The translations under genes and the position numbers were made by a program. This document shows, piece by piece, positions 61,599 through 64,000 of a DNA stretch of 64,000 nt; position 1 is the first letter of the stretch, and each line of letters begins with the position of its first letter. This DNA is from Glycera tridactyla (taxonomy: Eukaryota): assembly GCA_965644265.1 (NCBI GenBank), contig OZ286459.1, positions 33,108,001 to 33,172,000 on the forward strand. The letters are read 5' to 3'. Under the pieces are notes generated by a model. It was not told the origin of the DNA. It did no database searches and saw nothing but the letters and a program-made list of their open reading frames with translations.

Positions 61599-64000
61599 AT
61601 GAGCCAACCAATATATTTGAGCGTGGAGGAGCGGGCCTCTGCACCACTATCAGATACAATATCATCAAGTGCACCCACACCCCTCCTCACAGACAAGGAA
61701 GAACAGCCAGTAGCCCATCCTAAAGACACCTCACACACTCATGCTGACTTCTCGATATCCATCAAAAGCAGTCATACAACAGTGGGCCCAGAAGAATTGC
61801 GCAAGTGTTCCGAAGTTACCGATCTTGCAGTAATTACACAATCAACAGAGGGAGGAGTTGACATCATCCGAGAAATTGAGGAGAGTGATATTGCAAACGA
61901 GGAAGATCGTATCAGTGACGATAAGAATAATATTGATGAAGCTGGCGGTGATTTGGATAATCTAGATGACCGTACCAAGACTATTACATATGGAAGAAGC
62001 AATAATCAGTCAGACAGAGATATGATCCTAGCTAAAGAAGACGAGCATCGTGAGAAAGGTGAAGAGAGCTGGATTGCTGATGATAATAAAGCTGTAACTT
62101 TCAATTGCTTTACTGGTAACAATCAAAAAGGAAATGACTGTGATGAGAATAGCATCAGTGATGAACATAATCACAGTTTCTGTGATACAATTGGGGATTG
62201 CATCCACCCTGAGGTCATAAAAGGTGACGTTGGCGATGGTTTCAAAGATGAAAGTGACATTGATAATGCAAAAATAAAAGGCGAAGATGAAAAAGTTTAC
62301 ACGAAGGGGAATGTAATTGATGATATAGATGAAGATGAGATCGTCACCTCAGAGGATGATAGTCATGGAGATCAGATAATTGATGATGCAGCTGAAGACA
62401 GCGCGCTTGCTAAAGATGAAGATGACAGCGGTCAGATTGGTAACAATTACACCAATGAAAGTGGGATCGACCATGTAGAAAATCGAACCTGTACCAGAGA
62501 TATAGATAGTACAGGCGTTGGAAATGGGACTGTGACAGCTATCATCGCAAGTGAGATAGATGTTCCTGCAAATGGTGTTGATAGTCGAGATGTTCATGGT
62601 TCCAATATGGATATGCCACGGGGAAATGAGAGCGTTCCCGATGACTGCCGGGTTACCCAGATTCAGCCTCTGGATCCCAATAATAGCAGGAACGAGTTCG
62701 GTGCAATCAACACAAGCCTTGCCTGCACCGAAGATAAAGCCCTTGCTGATTGCTCCAGTCTAACCACTGAGGTTCTGAGAGTGGAAAATAACGATTTATC
62801 GAATATCGGAATTGAAAATGTTTGTCATGATGCAGGTGACGATCCCATATCCTCTGATGGGTCAACTGATACTGCTACCAGCGGCACAATCAGTGCATCG
62901 GAAAACAGTGATACCATGCACGGGCTGGATAATATCAGAAACGAAGAGACAGATATGTATGAGTTTACATTCACTACATGTATGCAAGAGGGTGGACTAT
63001 CAAGCGAACGCCAGGACTATCATAATGAGTGTGCTGATGAGGGGATTGCGGCAGGTCCTATTCTGAATGGCTATATGTCCCCCATTTCACCTGATGTTAG
63101 TAGCATAGCGACTTCCAGCCCTCGTCTAGTGATTGATACCGACCGCGAGGATGATGACACCTGCTCCAGTCTTATCCAAGACAGAATTAGAGAGATACCT
63201 GGTATCCAACAGCTAGACCTAGAATACTGCGATACTTCAGGTGTTGACGAGGAAGTGGCTGTGGACAATGCTCTGGTCGCTGGCGAAGATTCCAGCACCA
63301 TTATTTGTGGGACTGTGGATGACAGCGTCAGAATTTGTGATGATGTTGATCATAGAACTTGTGATATCAATATTTCCACAAGTGATAATGCAATCCTTGA
63401 CATACATGCTAGTGAGAGTGTTGAAAATGATATACCTTCACCTGAAAATCGTGCTTCGTCTTCTGATATCACAGGACAATGTGTCGATGAGGATATTGCA
63501 GACAGACCAGTAAGTTGTGGATCAGCATCGGGGGAAGGTGTGTGTGCAGCGGACCAGGATACCATTCTCCAGAATCAGTCTAATCTTGGGGCCTCTCATT
63601 CTTTATTGTTTGAAATACAAGACAAAAGAAGTGAGCTGACTGAGAATCTAGAGTATACAACAGCAGAGAGGTTACCCTCTGACCCTGAGACAACACTTAT
63701 TCAGGAGGTCATCCCCGATGAATTTATGAAGGAAAATACATCTGATAAGGCAGAATCTGGATCGATTTCAAGCATGTCCGATACATTGGAACTGTCACCC
63801 TCAGTTGATGAAGATTCCATAATTGCTGAAGTGCCTATTGAGAACCACGGGAAAGATACGAGTGCCATTGAGATCATAGGGAATATTGAAGGAATGTGGC
63901 CTGATTCTTCTATGCTTGAAAACCCATCAATTCTCAAACCCGACTACACAACATTCAACTATATTGATAGTCTGTTCAATCTTTATTTGCGTTGTGCTTT
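61599..64000 (+). CDS. Large first coding exon of an unidentified acidic (D/E/S/N/T-rich), probably disordered protein, at least 800 aa, 3' end outside the window
   Basis: Acceptor ttcttctgtccctatttttcag|ACAGAAGCACA ATG (A at -3). My manual translation, MSQPIYLSVEERASAPLSDTISSSAPTPLL...DDIDEDEIVTSEDDSHGD...ILKPDYTTFNYIDSLFNLYLRCA, has no stop before the window edge. Confidence 0.85.
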   Translation, partial: MSQPIYLSVEERASAPLSDTISSSAPTPLLTDKEEQPVAHPKDTSHTHADFSISIKSSHTTVGPEELRKCSEVTDLAVITQSTEGGVDIIREIEESDIANEEDRISDDKNNIDEAGGDLDNLDDRTKTITYGRSNNQSDRDMILAKEDEHREKGEESWIADDNKAVTFNCFTGNNQKGNDCDENSISDEHNHSFCDTIGDCIHPEVIKGDVGDGFKDESDIDNAKIKGEDEKVYTKGNVIDDIDEDEIVTSEDDSHGDQIIDDAAEDSALAKDEDDSGQIGNNYTNESGIDHVENRTCTRDIDSTGVGNGTVTAIIASEIDVPANGVDSRDVHGSNMDMPRGNESVPDDCRVTQIQPLDPNNSRNEFGAINTSLACTEDKALADCSSLTTEVLRVENNDLSNIGIENVCHDAGDDPISSDGSTDTATSGTISASENSDTMHGLDNIRNEETDMYEFTFTTCMQEGGLSSERQDYHNECADEGIAAGPILNGYMSPISPDVSSIATSSPRLVIDTDREDDDTCSSLIQDRIREIPGIQQLDLEYCDTSGVDEEVAVDNALVAGEDSSTIICGTVDDSVRICDDVDHRTCDINISTSDNAILDIHASESVENDIPSPENRASSSDITGQCVDEDIADRPVSCGSASGEGVCAADQDTILQNQSNLGASHSLLFEIQDKRSELTENLEYTTAERLPSDPETTLIQEVIPDEFMKENTSDKAESGSISSMSDTLELSPSVDEDSIIAEVPIENHGKDTSAIEIIGNIEGMWPDSSMLENPSILKPDYTTFNYIDSLFNLYLRCA

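Noticed and set aside
61084-61723. 198-aa poly-Gly/Val ORF (minus) and 191-aa poly-Pro/Thr ORF (plus)
   Set aside because: Both are read-throughs of stop-free trinucleotide repeats; the plus one crosses the acceptor at 61587 in a different frame from the real exon.

Overview
Eukaryotic (animal) scaffold with seven N gaps; the repeat content suggests a marine invertebrate. The left end holds the 3' part of an apparently intact CR1/L2-group LINE: the ORF1 C-terminus, a 1016-aa APE-RT ORF2 with an N-terminal 2A-like DVELNPGP motif, a 3' stem-loop and an (ATCTCA)n tail. Most of the window is intronic sequence of a minus-strand CYRI/FAM49 gene. Its start-codon exon (MGNLLRVLYRDDSPTKDDIFVDFE) is at 16234-16321, its probable non-coding first exon is near 55.1-55.3 kb, and its later coding exons were not found here, so they probably lie left of the window. 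The intron is densely filled with small non-autonomous DNA transposons: more than 25 TA-flanked CAGT-ended MITEs, CA(G/T)-ended elements with 5- or 6-bp target duplications, and a hAT MITE with an 8-bp duplication. It also holds a Helentron/HINE-like element carrying a 157-bp satellite and SINE-like fragments. A CpG-rich region at 55-57 kb looks like a bidirectional promoter. A plus-strand, acidic, low-complexity ORF of at least 800 codons starts at 61599 and runs off the right edge; the supplied ORF track misses it.
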